A program made the translations under genes and the position numbers. A stretch of 64,000 nt of DNA from Acidimicrobiales bacterium. GTDB lineage: Bacteria; Actinomycetota; Acidimicrobiia; Acidimicrobiales; DATDAH01. The DNA lies in the NCBI GenBank assembly GCA_041918615.1, contig JAYRVH010000013.1:190-64189 (forward strand), read 5' to 3'. Positions 24,784 through 35,587 of the stretch are shown in pieces (the first letter of the stretch is position 1; each line of letters opens with the position of its first letter). The notes beneath the pieces were generated by a model. That model searched no databases. It worked only from the letters and a program-made list of their open reading frames with translations, and was not told the DNA's origin.

Positions 24784-27081
24784 GTGGGACAGATACGGAG
24801 GGGCAGGGACGCCATCGCAGCGCTGCTCGTGCTGTCGGTCGCGGCGTTTGGCGCCACCGTGTTCCTCCGTCCGAACCCCGGCTGCTACAACGCCTGGTTC
24901 GACGTGGGCCTGTACAACGTGCCCTTCGGGCTCGCGGCCGTCGCCTGCTGGTGGCGCTCGTCAGGGGGCGGAACAGACCGGGGCGCCTGGCGGCTCCTCG
25001 CATTCGGCTTCCTGGTCTTCGTCGCCGGCAACGTGTACGGCAGTGTGATCGTGGGCAACAAGCCGATCTATCCGTCACCCGCCGATGCCATGTGGCTCGG
25101 CTTCTACCTGATCGTCTACATCGCGATCGTCCGCATGGCGATGGCGCGCCTCACGCGCTTCCTCCCGAGCACCTGGCTCGACGGTGCGGTGGCCGGTTTC
25201 GGCGCCGCCGCCCTGGTCGTCACGTTCGCACTCGCCCCGGTCCTGACCCAGACGGACGGCACGTTCTCCGTCGTCGCCACGAACCTCGCCTACCCAACCG
25301 TCGAGATCCTCCTCGTCATCGTGTTGATGACCGTCGGATTCGCCGTCCGTGCCCGCGACGCGTCGTGGTGGCTGCTGGCCCTCGGCCTGAGCCTGTTGGC
25401 GGCCGGCGACATCGTCTATCTCTTCGAGGAGGCCTCGGGCACCTACCGCGAGGGGGGCCTCCTCGACATCTCCTGGCCGCTGGCGGTGTCGATCGTGGGG
25501 CTCGCGGCCTGCGCGAGGAGCCCGGTCACTCGATCGCAGTCCAGCGTCACCGGTCAGCTCGTCATTCCGGCCCTCTTCGCGTCGACCTCGCTCGGCCTCC
25601 TCGTGTACGGGCAGACCAATCCGGTCGCACCGGTGGGGGTCGCCCTTGCCGCCGGCTCCCTCGCTGTCGCGTTCGTGCGCACCGGGCTCACCGTGCGGGA
25701 CGTGACCGCATTGGCGAACAGCCGGCGCGAGGCCCGCACCGATCAGTTGACAGGCCTCGCCAACCGGCGAGGCCTGTTGGAGCACCTCCAGGCCGCCATG
25801 GGGCCCGACGGCAGGGCTGCCTCGCTCCTGATCATCGACCTCGATCAGTTCAAAGAGGTCAACGACTCCCTCGGCCACACCATCGGTGACACGATCCTCC
25901 GTGCCGTAGGAGAACGGCTGTCGCCGCTCATCGGCGAGCCGGCGCTCCTCGGACGGCTGGGCGGTGACGAGTTCGCCGTCGTCGCGCCGGGCCTCTCGCG
26001 ACGAGCGAGCGAGGAACTGGCCCGCACCCTGCGTGAGGCACTCGCCGAGGACTTCGACGCCGGCGAGGTCCAGATCCGCGTGGACGCGAGTGCCGGCGTC
26101 GCCTCCTGCCCCGACGACGGGACCACGCCGGACGCCCTCATGTCGAACGCCGACGTCGCGATGTACCGGGCCAAGCGGCTGCGCACCGGGGTCGAGGCCT
26201 TCGACGCAACGCTCGACCGGGTCGGTCCGGGCCGCCTCGAGCTGCTCCGAGACCTCCGTGCGGCATTGGACGAGCCGCAGCTCCAGATGCACTACCAACC
26301 ACAGCTCGACCTGCGAACCGGCACCGTCACCGCCGTCGAGGCGCTCGTTCGATGGAAGCACCCCCGACGGGGGACCATCGCCCCCGATGACTTCCTGCCG
26401 CTGGCCGAAAGAGCGAACCTGATGACCCGCCTCACCGACTTCGTGCTGCGGCAGGCGCTCACCGACTGCGCCCGACTGCGCCGCGCCGGCTTCCCGCTCG
26501 CGGTATCGATCAACGTCTCGCCCGCCGACCTGATCGACGGCATGCTGCCGGTCCTCGTCGACGAACGACTCGCACAGCTCGATGTCCCTCCCGAGATGCT
26601 CGTCATCGAGGTGACGGAGGGGACGATCATGGCCGACCGGGTGCGCAGCCTCGCCGTGCTCCGCCGCTTGCGCGATTCAGGGGTGTGCATCTCGGTCGAC
26701 GACTACGGCACCGGCCAGGCGTCGCTCGCCTACCTCCGAGAGCTTCCGCTGGGCGAGTTGAAGCTCGACCGCTCGTTCCTCCAGGGTGTGCCGGACGACG
26801 CCCGGAACTGCGCGATCGTCCGCTCGACCATCGACCTGGCGCACGCCTTCGACCTCCCGATCGTCGCCGAAGGGGTCGAGGACGCCCGCGCCCTCGAGTG
26901 GCTCCGACAGCTCGGCTGCGACATGGGCCAGGGCTTCCACATCGCTCGACCACTGCCGCTGCCCGAGCTCCTCGCCTGGCTCCAGGCCCACGACGCCGCC
27001 GGGCCCGGCGAGTCACCGCTGGGCAACCGGCTCGCGTCGGCCGAGCTCCTCCTTGAACCGGCCGCCCATACGGGCGAGTAG
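24784..27081 (+). CDS. membrane-anchored GGDEF-EAL protein (diguanylate cyclase/phosphodiesterase)
   Basis: About 9 predicted TM segments, then RLGGDEFAVV (GGDEF) and VEALVRW...DDYGTGQASL (EAL). Confidence 0.85.
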   Translation: MGQIRRGRDAIAALLVLSVAAFGATVFLRPNPGCYNAWFDVGLYNVPFGLAAVACWWRSSGGGTDRGAWRLLAFGFLVFVAGNVYGSVIVGNKPIYPSPADAMWLGFYLIVYIAIVRMAMARLTRFLPSTWLDGAVAGFGAAALVVTFALAPVLTQTDGTFSVVATNLAYPTVEILLVIVLMTVGFAVRARDASWWLLALGLSLLAAGDIVYLFEEASGTYREGGLLDISWPLAVSIVGLAACARSPVTRSQSSVTGQLVIPALFASTSLGLLVYGQTNPVAPVGVALAAGSLAVAFVRTGLTVRDVTALANSRREARTDQLTGLANRRGLLEHLQAAMGPDGRAASLLIIDLDQFKEVNDSLGHTIGDTILRAVGERLSPLIGEPALLGRLGGDEFAVVAPGLSRRASEELARTLREALAEDFDAGEVQIRVDASAGVASCPDDGTTPDALMSNADVAMYRAKRLRTGVEAFDATLDRVGPGRLELLRDLRAALDEPQLQMHYQPQLDLRTGTVTAVEALVRWKHPRRGTIAPDDFLPLAERANLMTRLTDFVLRQALTDCARLRRAGFPLAVSINVSPADLIDGMLPVLVDERLAQLDVPPEMLVIEVTEGTIMADRVRSLAVLRRLRDSGVCISVDDYGTGQASLAYLRELPLGELKLDRSFLQGVPDDARNCAIVRSTIDLAHAFDLPIVAEGVEDARALEWLRQLGCDMGQGFHIARPLPLPELLAWLQAHDAAGPGESPLGNRLASAELLLEPAAHTGE

Positions 27082-28518
27082 GACAGCCACCGCGAGGATC
27101 AGCGCTCCAGAGACCAGGATCAGCAAGGGTGCCCGGCTCTCTCCCGGGAAGTACCAGCCGATCGCCCACGGCACGTTCACCAGGAGCCCGAGCGAGCCGA
27201 AGGCCGAGAGCATGACCTGTCCGGGCCGCATGCCCGCAATGATGAGCCCGACCGCCGTGGCGCAGCCGAAGAGGACCGCGAATCCCGTGAACTGCGCCCC
27301 GGTGAGGGCGGCACCGCCCAGCAGCGCGACCGCGCCCGCGCCTTCGAGCACCATCGGCACCCGGGTGCGGCGGGTCGCGCCCACGAGCATCAGGCCGATG
27401 CCGGCCAGCCAGACCACAAGGCCCGTGGCGAGCCCCGCCTGCTGCGCGAAGTAGGCGAGCGTGGGCGGCAACCCTTGCAGGAGCGCGATCCCACCGACGA
27501 TCGCCGCGATCAACCGACTCACCCCCGTGGGGGCGAGCACCGGCATGACCGCGATCGCCAGCAGCAGGGCCGCGCTGGCGACCACGAGGAGCAGTCCGAA
27601 CCCCATCCAGCCCGAGGCAACCCCGTCCACGTCCGAGCTGGCGATCCCGCCGCCGGCAATCAACGCCACCGCTCCTACGACTTCGGTCACCCAGGGCAGC
27701 GGCGTGACCTCGCGCAGCGCCATCACCAGGAGGATCGCTCCCATGGCCCAGACCGAGAGCCCGACCGGGCCCGGTGCTGCGACATGGGCTACCAACGCAC
27801 CGATGCAGACCACCCCGCCGGCCAGAGCCGCCAGTTGCTGCAGCGGCCGATCCCGCCATCCCCACATCACACCGCTCACCGCGGCAGTTGCCCCCGCGCA
27901 GGCCGCGACGATCGTCTCCGGGCTGTCGGCACCGAGCCCGCCGGCCACCAGCACCCCGGCGAACAGGGCCGCTGCCGCGGTCGATGCCAACCAGAGCACC
28001 GAGCGCAGCCGGGCCAGCGCGGGATCGGCGTCCTCGTGCACCAGGACGCCGGCGACACCGAGCAGTGCCGCGGCCGCCCCGCTCAGTGCGAGCCGACCTG
28101 CGGTCGACATGTCGGGCCAGTAGCGACTGACGACCAGGACGAGGCCGACGGTGGCGAGCGCTCCGCCGAGGTACCCGAGCGCCTCGGCAACCACCGGAAC
28201 CCTCGTCGACCGCAACCGGCCGACGACACTCGTGGACGGCGTCGGGCCTGTCGACGGCGGCGGCCGCGACACGGCGGCCGACTCGTACGCCTCGATCGCC
28301 GTCGACTGGTCCTCGGTGAGCAATCCCGCCTCGACCCATCGCTCGAGCGCGGGAGCCAACCCCGAGACGACGGCGGGTGCCGGTGCCGCGTCCTGCCGTG
28401 CATCGGTGTGCGCGCCAGACGACCCGATCTTCCGAGTGGTCGGGCCGGCCCCGCGCGACCTCGCCACGAAGACCACGACGCCGATCACGATCACGATCAA
28501 CAGCGTCAAGCTGATCAT
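27013..28518 (-). CDS. polytopic membrane protein (DUF2157-like)
   Basis: ATG 28518 (MISLTLLIVIVIG) preceded by GAGGAGG with 5-nt spacing. Many Ala/Gly/Leu-rich TM segments. Its 3' end overlaps the convergent GGDEF-EAL gene by 69 nt. Confidence 0.7.
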   Translation of the reverse strand: MISLTLLIVIVIGVVVFVARSRGAGPTTRKIGSSGAHTDARQDAAPAPAVVSGLAPALERWVEAGLLTEDQSTAIEAYESAAVSRPPPSTGPTPSTSVVGRLRSTRVPVVAEALGYLGGALATVGLVLVVSRYWPDMSTAGRLALSGAAAALLGVAGVLVHEDADPALARLRSVLWLASTAAAALFAGVLVAGGLGADSPETIVAACAGATAAVSGVMWGWRDRPLQQLAALAGGVVCIGALVAHVAAPGPVGLSVWAMGAILLVMALREVTPLPWVTEVVGAVALIAGGGIASSDVDGVASGWMGFGLLLVVASAALLLAIAVMPVLAPTGVSRLIAAIVGGIALLQGLPPTLAYFAQQAGLATGLVVWLAGIGLMLVGATRRTRVPMVLEGAGAVALLGGAALTGAQFTGFAVLFGCATAVGLIIAGMRPGQVMLSAFGSLGLLVNVPWAIGWYFPGESRAPLLILVSGALILAVAVLLARMGGRFKEELGRREPVAQR

Positions 28519-28605
28519 CACGACCTCCTCGGCAACGCAGTGATCATGCGCCGGGCCGGATCGTCGCAACAGGGCCGAAAGACCGTTCGCCCGGCCGGGT
28601 AGAGA

Positions 28606-29658
28606 TCAGTCGAGATTGGGTAGGACCAACCTGCCGACCAGGGCGCATTCCTCGAGGTGGGGATAGCCCGAGAGGATGAAGCTCTCGATGCCCAGGGCCT
28701 GATAGCGGCGGAGCTTGGCGACCACCTGATCGGGGTCGCCGACGACGGCCGCCCCCGCCCCCGATCGGGCGCGTCCGATCCCGGTCCAGAGGTTGTCCTC
28801 CACGTAGCCCTCGTCGTCGGCGTCGTCCCGCAACGCCGTCTGGCGCTGGACCCCGGCCGAGGCGCTGTCGAGCGACCGGCGGCGGATCGCGTCGCCGACA
28901 GCAGGGTCGAGGCGGCTGATCAGGGCACGCGCCGCCGCACGGGCCTCGGCCTCGGTCTCGCGCACGATCACGTGCGTGCGGAGCCCGAATCGCAGGTTGC
29001 GCCCCACCGCTGCGGCACGCCGCCGCATGTCGCCGAGCACCGCGGCCGCGCCCGCCTCGGTGTCGGGCCACAACAGGAACACGTCGGCCGCCTCGGCGGC
29101 AGCGTCGCGGGCGGCGTCGGACAGCCCCCCGAAGTAGAACGGCGGGCACGCCCCCGAGACCGTCCGGGCGCGCGGCGGGTCGATGACGAGGTCGTAGAAC
29201 TCGCCGTGGTGGTCCACCGCCCGCCCCGACAGAAGGGCGCGGAGGACGTGCATCACCTCGATGGTCCGGCGATACCTCGAGGCCGATTCGATCGGCGCAC
29301 CGGGCAGGTCGCTCGAGATGATGTTGATCGTGAGCCGCCCGCCCAGCACCTGGTCGAGGGTGGCGAGCTGGCGGGCGAGCTGAGGCGGCCACAGCTCTCC
29401 GGCACGCACCGCCAGGAGCAGGCGCATCGAGGTCACCTCGGGTGCCACCGCGGCAGCGAACGCGACACCGTCGATGCCGAGGTCGTACCCCGAGGGCAAC
29501 AGGACGTTGTCGAACCCGCTCGCCTGGGCCGACAGCACGATGTGCCGGCAGTGGGCGTACGAGCTCCGGAGCGACGGGTCGTCCACACCCAGGTACCGGT
29601 AGTCGTCGTCGCACAGGGCGGAGAACCAGGCGACCTCGGGCCGGCTCTCCCCGGTCAC
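28606..29658 (-). CDS. LLM-class flavin-dependent oxidoreductase (luciferase-like / SsuD-like monooxygenase)
   Basis: FDNVLLPSGYD, GGRLTINIISS, FYFGGLSDAA blocks. GTG start overlaps the upstream AKR stop (GTGA). Confidence 0.85.
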   Translation of the reverse strand: MTGESRPEVAWFSALCDDDYRYLGVDDPSLRSSYAHCRHIVLSAQASGFDNVLLPSGYDLGIDGVAFAAAVAPEVTSMRLLLAVRAGELWPPQLARQLATLDQVLGGRLTINIISSDLPGAPIESASRYRRTIEVMHVLRALLSGRAVDHHGEFYDLVIDPPRARTVSGACPPFYFGGLSDAARDAAAEAADVFLLWPDTEAGAAAVLGDMRRRAAAVGRNLRFGLRTHVIVRETEAEARAAARALISRLDPAVGDAIRRRSLDSASAGVQRQTALRDDADDEGYVEDNLWTGIGRARSGAGAAVVGDPDQVVAKLRRYQALGIESFILSGYPHLEECALVGRLVLPNLD

Positions 29659-30551
29659 GGCAGCGGCTCGCCGATCGAGGCCTCGACCACCCGGTACCAG
29701 TCGCTGCGGGTGAGCTCGACCGCCAGGGCGGCAGTCGCCGCGGCGATGCGCCCGACCTGCTGGGTCCCGATGATCGGGACGGGACGGCTCGGGTGCACGA
29801 GGAGCAAGGCCAGGGCGACGGCGGTCGGCGTGGTGGCCTGTGCCGCGGCGATCCCGTCGATCACCCGGGTCACCCGATCGCCGGCATCACCCACCCGGCC
29901 ACCGCCGAGCGGGCTCCAGGCGAGGGGTGTGACGTCGTCGCGGAGACAGCGGTCGAGGGTGCCGTCGAACACCGGGTCGAGGTGCCATGCGCTGAGCTCG
30001 GGCTGGGTGGTGACGACGCATTCGCCCAGTGCGGCTTCGAGGGCGTCGAGTTGGGAAACCGACATGTTCGACACGCCGACCGAGCCGACCTTTCCCTCCG
30101 ACCGCAGCGCGCGGAGCACCCCGGCCACCTCGTCCGGATGGGCCAGCAGATCGGGGCGGTGGATCTGGTAGAGGTCGACCCGATCCACCTGCAGCCGGCG
30201 GAGGGAGTCCTCGCAGGCCTCACGCAGCCACGAGGCGCTGGAGTCGTAGGGCACCGGCGGGCGAATGCCACCCTTGGTCGCCAGGACCATCTCGTCGCGG
30301 AGGCCCGGCGCCGCGGCCAGAACCTCACCCAGCAGCGTCTCGGCCGCGCCGAACCCACGCCCCGAGTCGAGCCCGTAGACGTCGGCGGTGTCGATCAAGG
30401 TCAGCCCGGCGTCGAGGGCGGCCTCGATCTTTCGGCGGGCCTCGCGGGCGTCGCCCTCGGCCAGTCGCCAGCAGCCGTAGCCGATCGGGCCGACCTCGAG
30501 GCCGGACGACCCGAGCCGACGTGGTCCGGGGTCGATCGTCAGGGCGGCCAC
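29655..30551 (-). CDS. aldo/keto reductase
   Basis: GTG 30551 (VAALTIDPGPRRLGSSGLEVGPIGYGCWRL), plus IDTADVYG and VGVSN blocks. Confidence 0.85.
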   Translation of the reverse strand: MAALTIDPGPRRLGSSGLEVGPIGYGCWRLAEGDAREARRKIEAALDAGLTLIDTADVYGLDSGRGFGAAETLLGEVLAAAPGLRDEMVLATKGGIRPPVPYDSSASWLREACEDSLRRLQVDRVDLYQIHRPDLLAHPDEVAGVLRALRSEGKVGSVGVSNMSVSQLDALEAALGECVVTTQPELSAWHLDPVFDGTLDRCLRDDVTPLAWSPLGGGRVGDAGDRVTRVIDGIAAAQATTPTAVALALLLVHPSRPVPIIGTQQVGRIAAATAALAVELTRSDWYRVVEASIGEPLP

Positions 30552-30575
30552 GGCTCCGGACCCTACCGTGGGGCC

Positions 30576-31667
30576 ATGGGCACGGACCTCCGTTACGGCT
30601 TCATCGGCACCGGGATGATGGGCCGCGAGCACCTGGCCGACGTTGCAGCCCTTCCCGGCGCCAGACCGATCGCCGCCGCCGACACCGACGAGGGCTCACG
30701 CCGGGCCGCCCGCGACGCCGTCCCAGGCCTTGAGGTCCACGCCGATGCCCGAGACCTGCTCGCACGCGACGACCTCGACGTGGTGGTGGTCTCGACCCCG
30801 AACCACACCCACCGAGCGGTGCTCGACCTGGTCTGGGACACGAGTCTGCACGTGCTCATCGAGAAGCCGCTGTGCACCACCCTCGACGACGCCCGTCACG
30901 TGCGACATGCCGCCCAGGCCCATCCGGGCATCGTGTGGATGGGCCTCGAATACCGCTTCATGCCGCCGGTCCGCCGGTTCGTCGAGGAGTTGCGGTCGGG
31001 ACGGGCCGGGCAATTGCGGATGCTGTCGATCCGGGAGCACCGCTTCCCGTTCCTGGCGAAGGTGGGCGACTGGAACCGGTTCAACCGCAACACCGGCGGC
31101 ACCCTCGTCGAGAAGTGCTGCCACTTCTTCGACCTGATGAACCTGTGCCTCGACGACCACCCGGTGCGCGTCTACGCCAGCGGCGGCCAGGACGTGAACC
31201 ACCTCGACGAGACCTACGCCGGCGAGCGGCCCGACATCCTGGACAACGCGTTCGTGATCGTGGAGTACCCCGGGGGGGTCCGAGCCACGCTCGACCTGTG
31301 CATGTTCGCCGAGGGCTCGCGTTGGGAGCAGGAGCTCGTTGCAGTCGGCGACGCCGGCAAGGTGTCGGTGCATGTGCCCGGGTTCATGGAGCTCGCCAGG
31401 GGAAGCCGGGCCGAGGTCGTGGTCGGCGACCGCGGGCCCGACTGGCCCGTCGAGGTGCTGCCCATCGCCGACGATCCCGAGGTCGCCCGCTCCGGGGCCC
31501 ACCACGGAGCCAGCTACCTGGAGCACGTCGCGCTGCGCGACGCCATCCTCGCCGGCGGGTCGGCGGGGGTCACCGTCGACGACGGCCTCTGGTCGGTGGC
31601 CATGGGCGTGGCCGCACACCAGTCGGTCGTCGAACGACGCCCCGTCGACCTCGCCGACCTCCGGTAG
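30576..31667 (+). CDS. Gfo/Idh/MocA-family oxidoreductase
   Basis: MGTDLRYGFIGTGMMGREH Rossmann N-terminus and EKPLCTT motif. Divergent from the AKR gene. Confidence 0.85.
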   Translation: MGTDLRYGFIGTGMMGREHLADVAALPGARPIAAADTDEGSRRAARDAVPGLEVHADARDLLARDDLDVVVVSTPNHTHRAVLDLVWDTSLHVLIEKPLCTTLDDARHVRHAAQAHPGIVWMGLEYRFMPPVRRFVEELRSGRAGQLRMLSIREHRFPFLAKVGDWNRFNRNTGGTLVEKCCHFFDLMNLCLDDHPVRVYASGGQDVNHLDETYAGERPDILDNAFVIVEYPGGVRATLDLCMFAEGSRWEQELVAVGDAGKVSVHVPGFMELARGSRAEVVVGDRGPDWPVEVLPIADDPEVARSGAHHGASYLEHVALRDAILAGGSAGVTVDDGLWSVAMGVAAHQSVVERRPVDLADLR

Positions 31668-31679
31668 GGTCCGACGCTG

Positions 31680-32171
31680 ATGTTCGACGACCTCCTCGAC
31701 GCCAGCCGGCGCTATCAGGCCGATTTTCACGACCCGGGCGTGGCGGGAAGGGCCGCCAAGGGGTTGGCCGTCCTCACCTGCATCGACTCACGCATAGCCC
31801 CGCTGGCCATACTCGGGCTGCGGGCCGGCGACGCCAAGATCATCCGCAACGCCGGCGCACGCGTGACCGACGACGCGCTGCGCTCACTGGTGCTCGCCGT
31901 CAACCTGCTCGGCGTCACGCGTGTCTGTGTGGTGCAGCACACCGACTGTGCCATGGTCGGCGCGACCGACGACGAGCTCCGCGAGCGCATCGGCACCCTC
32001 CGGGGCGTCGACGCCGCGGGTTGGGACTTCCTCGCCAGCACCGACCAGCTGGCCACCTTGCACGACGACATCGGGCGCATCCGGTCGTGCCCGCTGTTGC
32101 CACCCGACCTCCTGGTGGCCGGGTTCGTGTTCGACGTGCACAGTGGCGAGCTCGTGGCGGTCGACGGCTGA
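31680..32171 (+). CDS. beta-class carbonic anhydrase
   Basis: Zn ligand motifs CIDSR and HTDCAM. 163 aa. Confidence 0.85.
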   Translation: MFDDLLDASRRYQADFHDPGVAGRAAKGLAVLTCIDSRIAPLAILGLRAGDAKIIRNAGARVTDDALRSLVLAVNLLGVTRVCVVQHTDCAMVGATDDELRERIGTLRGVDAAGWDFLASTDQLATLHDDIGRIRSCPLLPPDLLVAGFVFDVHSGELVAVDG

Positions 32172-32191
32172 GGAGCGGCGTCGCCGCAGGG

Positions 32192-32995
32192 CTAGGCCAT
32201 CGGCATCGGGAAGTCGTCGGCCCGGGTGAGCGCATCGGTGCCGCCGTCCACGAAGACGACCGATCCGCAGAAGAAGCGGGCATCGGGACCGAGCAGGAAC
32301 GCCACGAACGCCGCCAACTCGTCGGGCAGGGCCTTGCGCCCCACCGGCACCGGGAAGGCATCGATGAACTGACCGATCGTCGGGTCCTGGCGGGTGGCTT
32401 CGAGCATGGGCGTCTCGACCGCACCGGGGGCGACGGCGTTGAGGGTGATGCCGGCTCCTACCCAGTCGGCCAGCGGTGCGTGCCGCCGCACCCACCAGGC
32501 GATCGCGGTCTTGGTGGCGGGGTACGTGGCCAGCGAGGTGGCCGCGTCGGCGGCGGCGCGGGCCCCGGCCTCGTCGCCGGCGAGGCAGCGCTCCACCACG
32601 TCCATCGGCACGCCGGGCTGCACCGTGGTCGAATTCGAGCTGATCGCCACCGCCGAGGGACGGTCACCGGCGGCCAGCAGCGGGCGCAGTCCCTCGAGCA
32701 GGGCGACACTCCCGAAGTAGTTCACGGACACGAGCAGGCTGCCCGGGAACTTGGTGAGACCGGCGAGACCGGCCCAGGTGACCAACCCGTCGATCGCGCC
32801 GTCCGCCTGCTCCGCCACTGCATCGATGGCTGCCTGTCGACCGTCGACCGTGCCGAGGTCCGCCACCACGTCGGCGTCGTGCTGGTCCACGCCGATCACC
32901 CGTTGGCCGTCGGCCTCGAGGCGGGCCCTGGTGGCCGCCCCCATCCCCGAGGCCGATCCGGTGACGACGACAGTTCGCTGCTTCGACATCGACAT
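32192..32995 (-). CDS. SDR-family oxidoreductase
   Basis: VVVTGSASGMG, YPATKTA (YxxxK). Three in-frame ATGs at 33001, 32995 and 32989; 32995 is best spaced from GAGGAGG. Confidence 0.85.
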   Translation of the reverse strand: MSMSKQRTVVVTGSASGMGAATRARLEADGQRVIGVDQHDADVVADLGTVDGRQAAIDAVAEQADGAIDGLVTWAGLAGLTKFPGSLLVSVNYFGSVALLEGLRPLLAAGDRPSAVAISSNSTTVQPGVPMDVVERCLAGDEAGARAAADAATSLATYPATKTAIAWWVRRHAPLADWVGAGITLNAVAPGAVETPMLEATRQDPTIGQFIDAFPVPVGRKALPDELAAFVAFLLGPDARFFCGSVVFVDGGTDALTRADDFPMPMA

Positions 32996-33136
32996 CGGCA
33001 TGGGCCTCCTCGGCGACGGCCGGACCGACGCGTTCGATCGATCCACCGTCGATCATGGCGTACTTCCGACCGGGCGGATTCATCTAGCGTCCCCTGAGCG
33101 GTCGGTACCCTCCGGTCGCACCGACACGGGGGAACC

Positions 33137-34750
33137 ATGGGGCTGAACATCGCGGACATCTTCGACACGGTGGTCGCCACGGTGCCCGACGATCCGGCGC
33201 TGGTCGTGCGGGCCACCGAGGGCCACGAGGTACGGCTCAGCTTCGCCGCCCTCGACGCCCGGGTGAACCGGCTCGCCCATGGCCTGGCCGCGCTCGGCAT
33301 CGGGGAGGGCGACCACATCGGGTGCCACCTCTACGACGGCAACCAATACGTCGAGGTGACGCTGGCCGCGTTCAAGCTGCGCGCCGTCCCCGTGAACGTG
33401 AACTTCCGCTACGTCGAGGAGGAGCTCGACTACCTGTTCGACAACGCCGACCTGGTGGCGGTCGTCACCGAGCCCGACCTCGAGGGCCGGGCCACCCGTG
33501 CCGCGGCCACGCTCGACCGGCACTGCGACGTGCTCGTCGCCGATCACCGCTACGAGGCGCTCCTGGAGGAGCAGCCCGATACCGCACCGGACGTGGGCCC
33601 TCGCTCCCCCGACGACCACTACGGCATCTGGACCGGCGGCACGACCGGTATGCCCAAAGGGGTGATCTGGCGCCACGAGGACGTCTACCTCTCGGCCATG
33701 GGGGGAAGCGGCAACCCCGTGCTGGGGATCCCTCCCGTGCACGAGCTCTCCGACGTGGCCGATCGGGTGCGGCGGGAGTCGCTCCTGCCGGTCTCCCTGA
33801 TCCTCTGCCCCCTCATGCACGGCGGGGGGCTGTGGCTGGCCTTCAACGCCATCTTGTCGGGCGGCACCTGTGTGGTGATCCGCGACGTGGGTTTCGACCC
33901 GGCCTTCGCCCTCCGCGTCGCCGCAGAGGAGCGGGCCAGCCTGTTGATGACCATCGGGGACGCGTACGCCCGCCCCGTCGTGGACCTCCTCGAGACGGCG
34001 GGGCCCGACGCGTACGACCTGTCGTCGCTCGTCGCCTACGGGTCCGGTGGTGCGATCCTGTCGCCGTCGGTGAAGGACGCGCTCGTGCGATTGCTCCCCC
34101 ACGTCCTGGTCATGGATGTGCTCGGCGCCTCCGAGACCGGCACGCACGGCCGCCAGACCGGCTCGGGTCCCGACGGGGCGCCCCGTTTCGACATGGATGC
34201 CTCCAACGTGGTCATCGCCGAGGACGGCACCCTGTGCCGACCGGGCGACGGCCGCACGGGCATGCTCGCCACGAGCGGCCACATCCCCCTCGGCTACTAC
34301 AAGGACGAGGGGAAGACGGCAGCCACGTTCCCGGTGGTCGACGGGGTCCGCTACGCGGTGCCCGGCGATCTGGCTTCGGTGGATGCCGACGGCGCCATCG
34401 CCGTCTACGGCCGCGGCTCGGTGTCGATCAACTCGGGGGGCGAGAAGATCTTTCCCGAGGAGGTCGAGCGGGTGCTGAAGAGCCACCCCGCCGTCTTCGA
34501 CGCCACCGTGGTCGGCACGCCCCATGAGCGCTTCGGCGCGCAGGTGACAGCGGTGGTGGAGCTGCGCCCGGCCGCCCGGGTCGACCCGCCCCGCCTGGCC
34601 GAGCTCCAGGCCCACTGCCATGAGCACCTGGCCGGCTACAAGGCGCCACGAGCCGTGGTGTTCGTCGACGCGACGATGCGATCGCCCTCGGGCAAGCCCG
34701 ACTACCGCTGGGCCAAGGAGACGGCCCTCGCCGAGCTCGAACGCCTGTGA
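33137..34750 (+). CDS. AMP-dependent synthetase/ligase (acyl-CoA synthetase)
   Basis: WTGGTTGMPKGV AMP-binding signature and C-terminal GKPDYRWAK. Confidence 0.9.
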   Translation: MGLNIADIFDTVVATVPDDPALVVRATEGHEVRLSFAALDARVNRLAHGLAALGIGEGDHIGCHLYDGNQYVEVTLAAFKLRAVPVNVNFRYVEEELDYLFDNADLVAVVTEPDLEGRATRAAATLDRHCDVLVADHRYEALLEEQPDTAPDVGPRSPDDHYGIWTGGTTGMPKGVIWRHEDVYLSAMGGSGNPVLGIPPVHELSDVADRVRRESLLPVSLILCPLMHGGGLWLAFNAILSGGTCVVIRDVGFDPAFALRVAAEERASLLMTIGDAYARPVVDLLETAGPDAYDLSSLVAYGSGGAILSPSVKDALVRLLPHVLVMDVLGASETGTHGRQTGSGPDGAPRFDMDASNVVIAEDGTLCRPGDGRTGMLATSGHIPLGYYKDEGKTAATFPVVDGVRYAVPGDLASVDADGAIAVYGRGSVSINSGGEKIFPEEVERVLKSHPAVFDATVVGTPHERFGAQVTAVVELRPAARVDPPRLAELQAHCHEHLAGYKAPRAVVFVDATMRSPSGKPDYRWAKETALAELERL

Positions 34751-34765
34751 CTGTCCGACACGGGC

Positions 34766-35587
34766 TCAAGAGGTGAGCGACGCCGCGAGGTGGTCGATGA
34801 TCGGGTGCAGGATCATCGTGTAGGTGTCGGCGATGGCAACCTCCCGGTGATCCGCCTGCGCCGCGAGCCGAGCGGGGTCGGCCACGACGGCCATGAACGC
34901 GGCCCGGCTCGGGAAGGCGTTGAAGCGCACCTGGTCCCACGACCGTCGGTCACCGAGGATGGTGCCCTCTGCGGCGAACCACCCCGCGAGTCGCACACCG
35001 TGAGGTACCGCCACCGCGCTCGCCGCATTCTGGTAGCTCACCATGTCGTCGTCCGCGCCGCCTGGGTGGTAGCGCAGCACGTGCAGCACGACGATCGGCG
35101 GGTCGTCGGCGGTGGGCGGATGGGGCACATCGGCCCAGTCCGGGGCATCGGCCGGGAGCTCGGGCGTCGGCATCGGGCGGGTACCGATGACGATGGTCTG
35201 CTCCATGCCGGCGTCCTTGTGGACGTGCTTCTCCGCGAACGCGGCGCTCGCCGACATCTCGACGAACGACCGGCGGGTCGGGTACTTCACCACGGCGACC
35301 CGGTCCCACTGCGGGTCGGCCCCGAGGAGCTGGGTCTCGACGTCGGCGAGGAACACGATCTCGGCCCCGATGGCGGCGAGCTCGTCGAGCGGCGCGTACG
35401 TGTCGTCGGCCTCCCGCCCCGTGAGGGTCGTCTCGCGGCCGTCGGCGTAGTCGGCCAGGTCGCGGTACTTCATCAGGTTCACCATCCACACCGGCCCGTC
35501 CTCGTCGGGGGGCGTGCTCGCCAGCGTCGACTCGTAGTCGGGGTCGATCTCGGCGTACCGGATCGTCAGGTCGGGGTTGGGAGCCAC
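34766..35587 (-). CDS. tandem DUF1330-like (dimeric alpha/beta-barrel) protein
   Basis: GTG 35587 preceded by GAAAGGAA. Two similar halves (PVWMVNLMKYRD... / PIVVLHVLRYHPG...). Family call from memory. Confidence 0.65.
   Translation of the reverse strand: MAPNPDLTIRYAEIDPDYESTLASTPPDEDGPVWMVNLMKYRDLADYADGRETTLTGREADDTYAPLDELAAIGAEIVFLADVETQLLGADPQWDRVAVVKYPTRRSFVEMSASAAFAEKHVHKDAGMEQTIVIGTRPMPTPELPADAPDWADVPHPPTADDPPIVVLHVLRYHPGGADDDMVSYQNAASAVAVPHGVRLAGWFAAEGTILGDRRSWDQVRFNAFPSRAAFMAVVADPARLAAQADHREVAIADTYTMILHPIIDHLAASLTS

Noticed and set aside
27013-27081. 69-nt convergent overlap of the GGDEF-EAL and DUF2157-like genes as a regulatory antisense feature
   Set aside because: Short 3'-3' overlaps are common in compact high-GC genomes, and nothing else distinguishes the segment.
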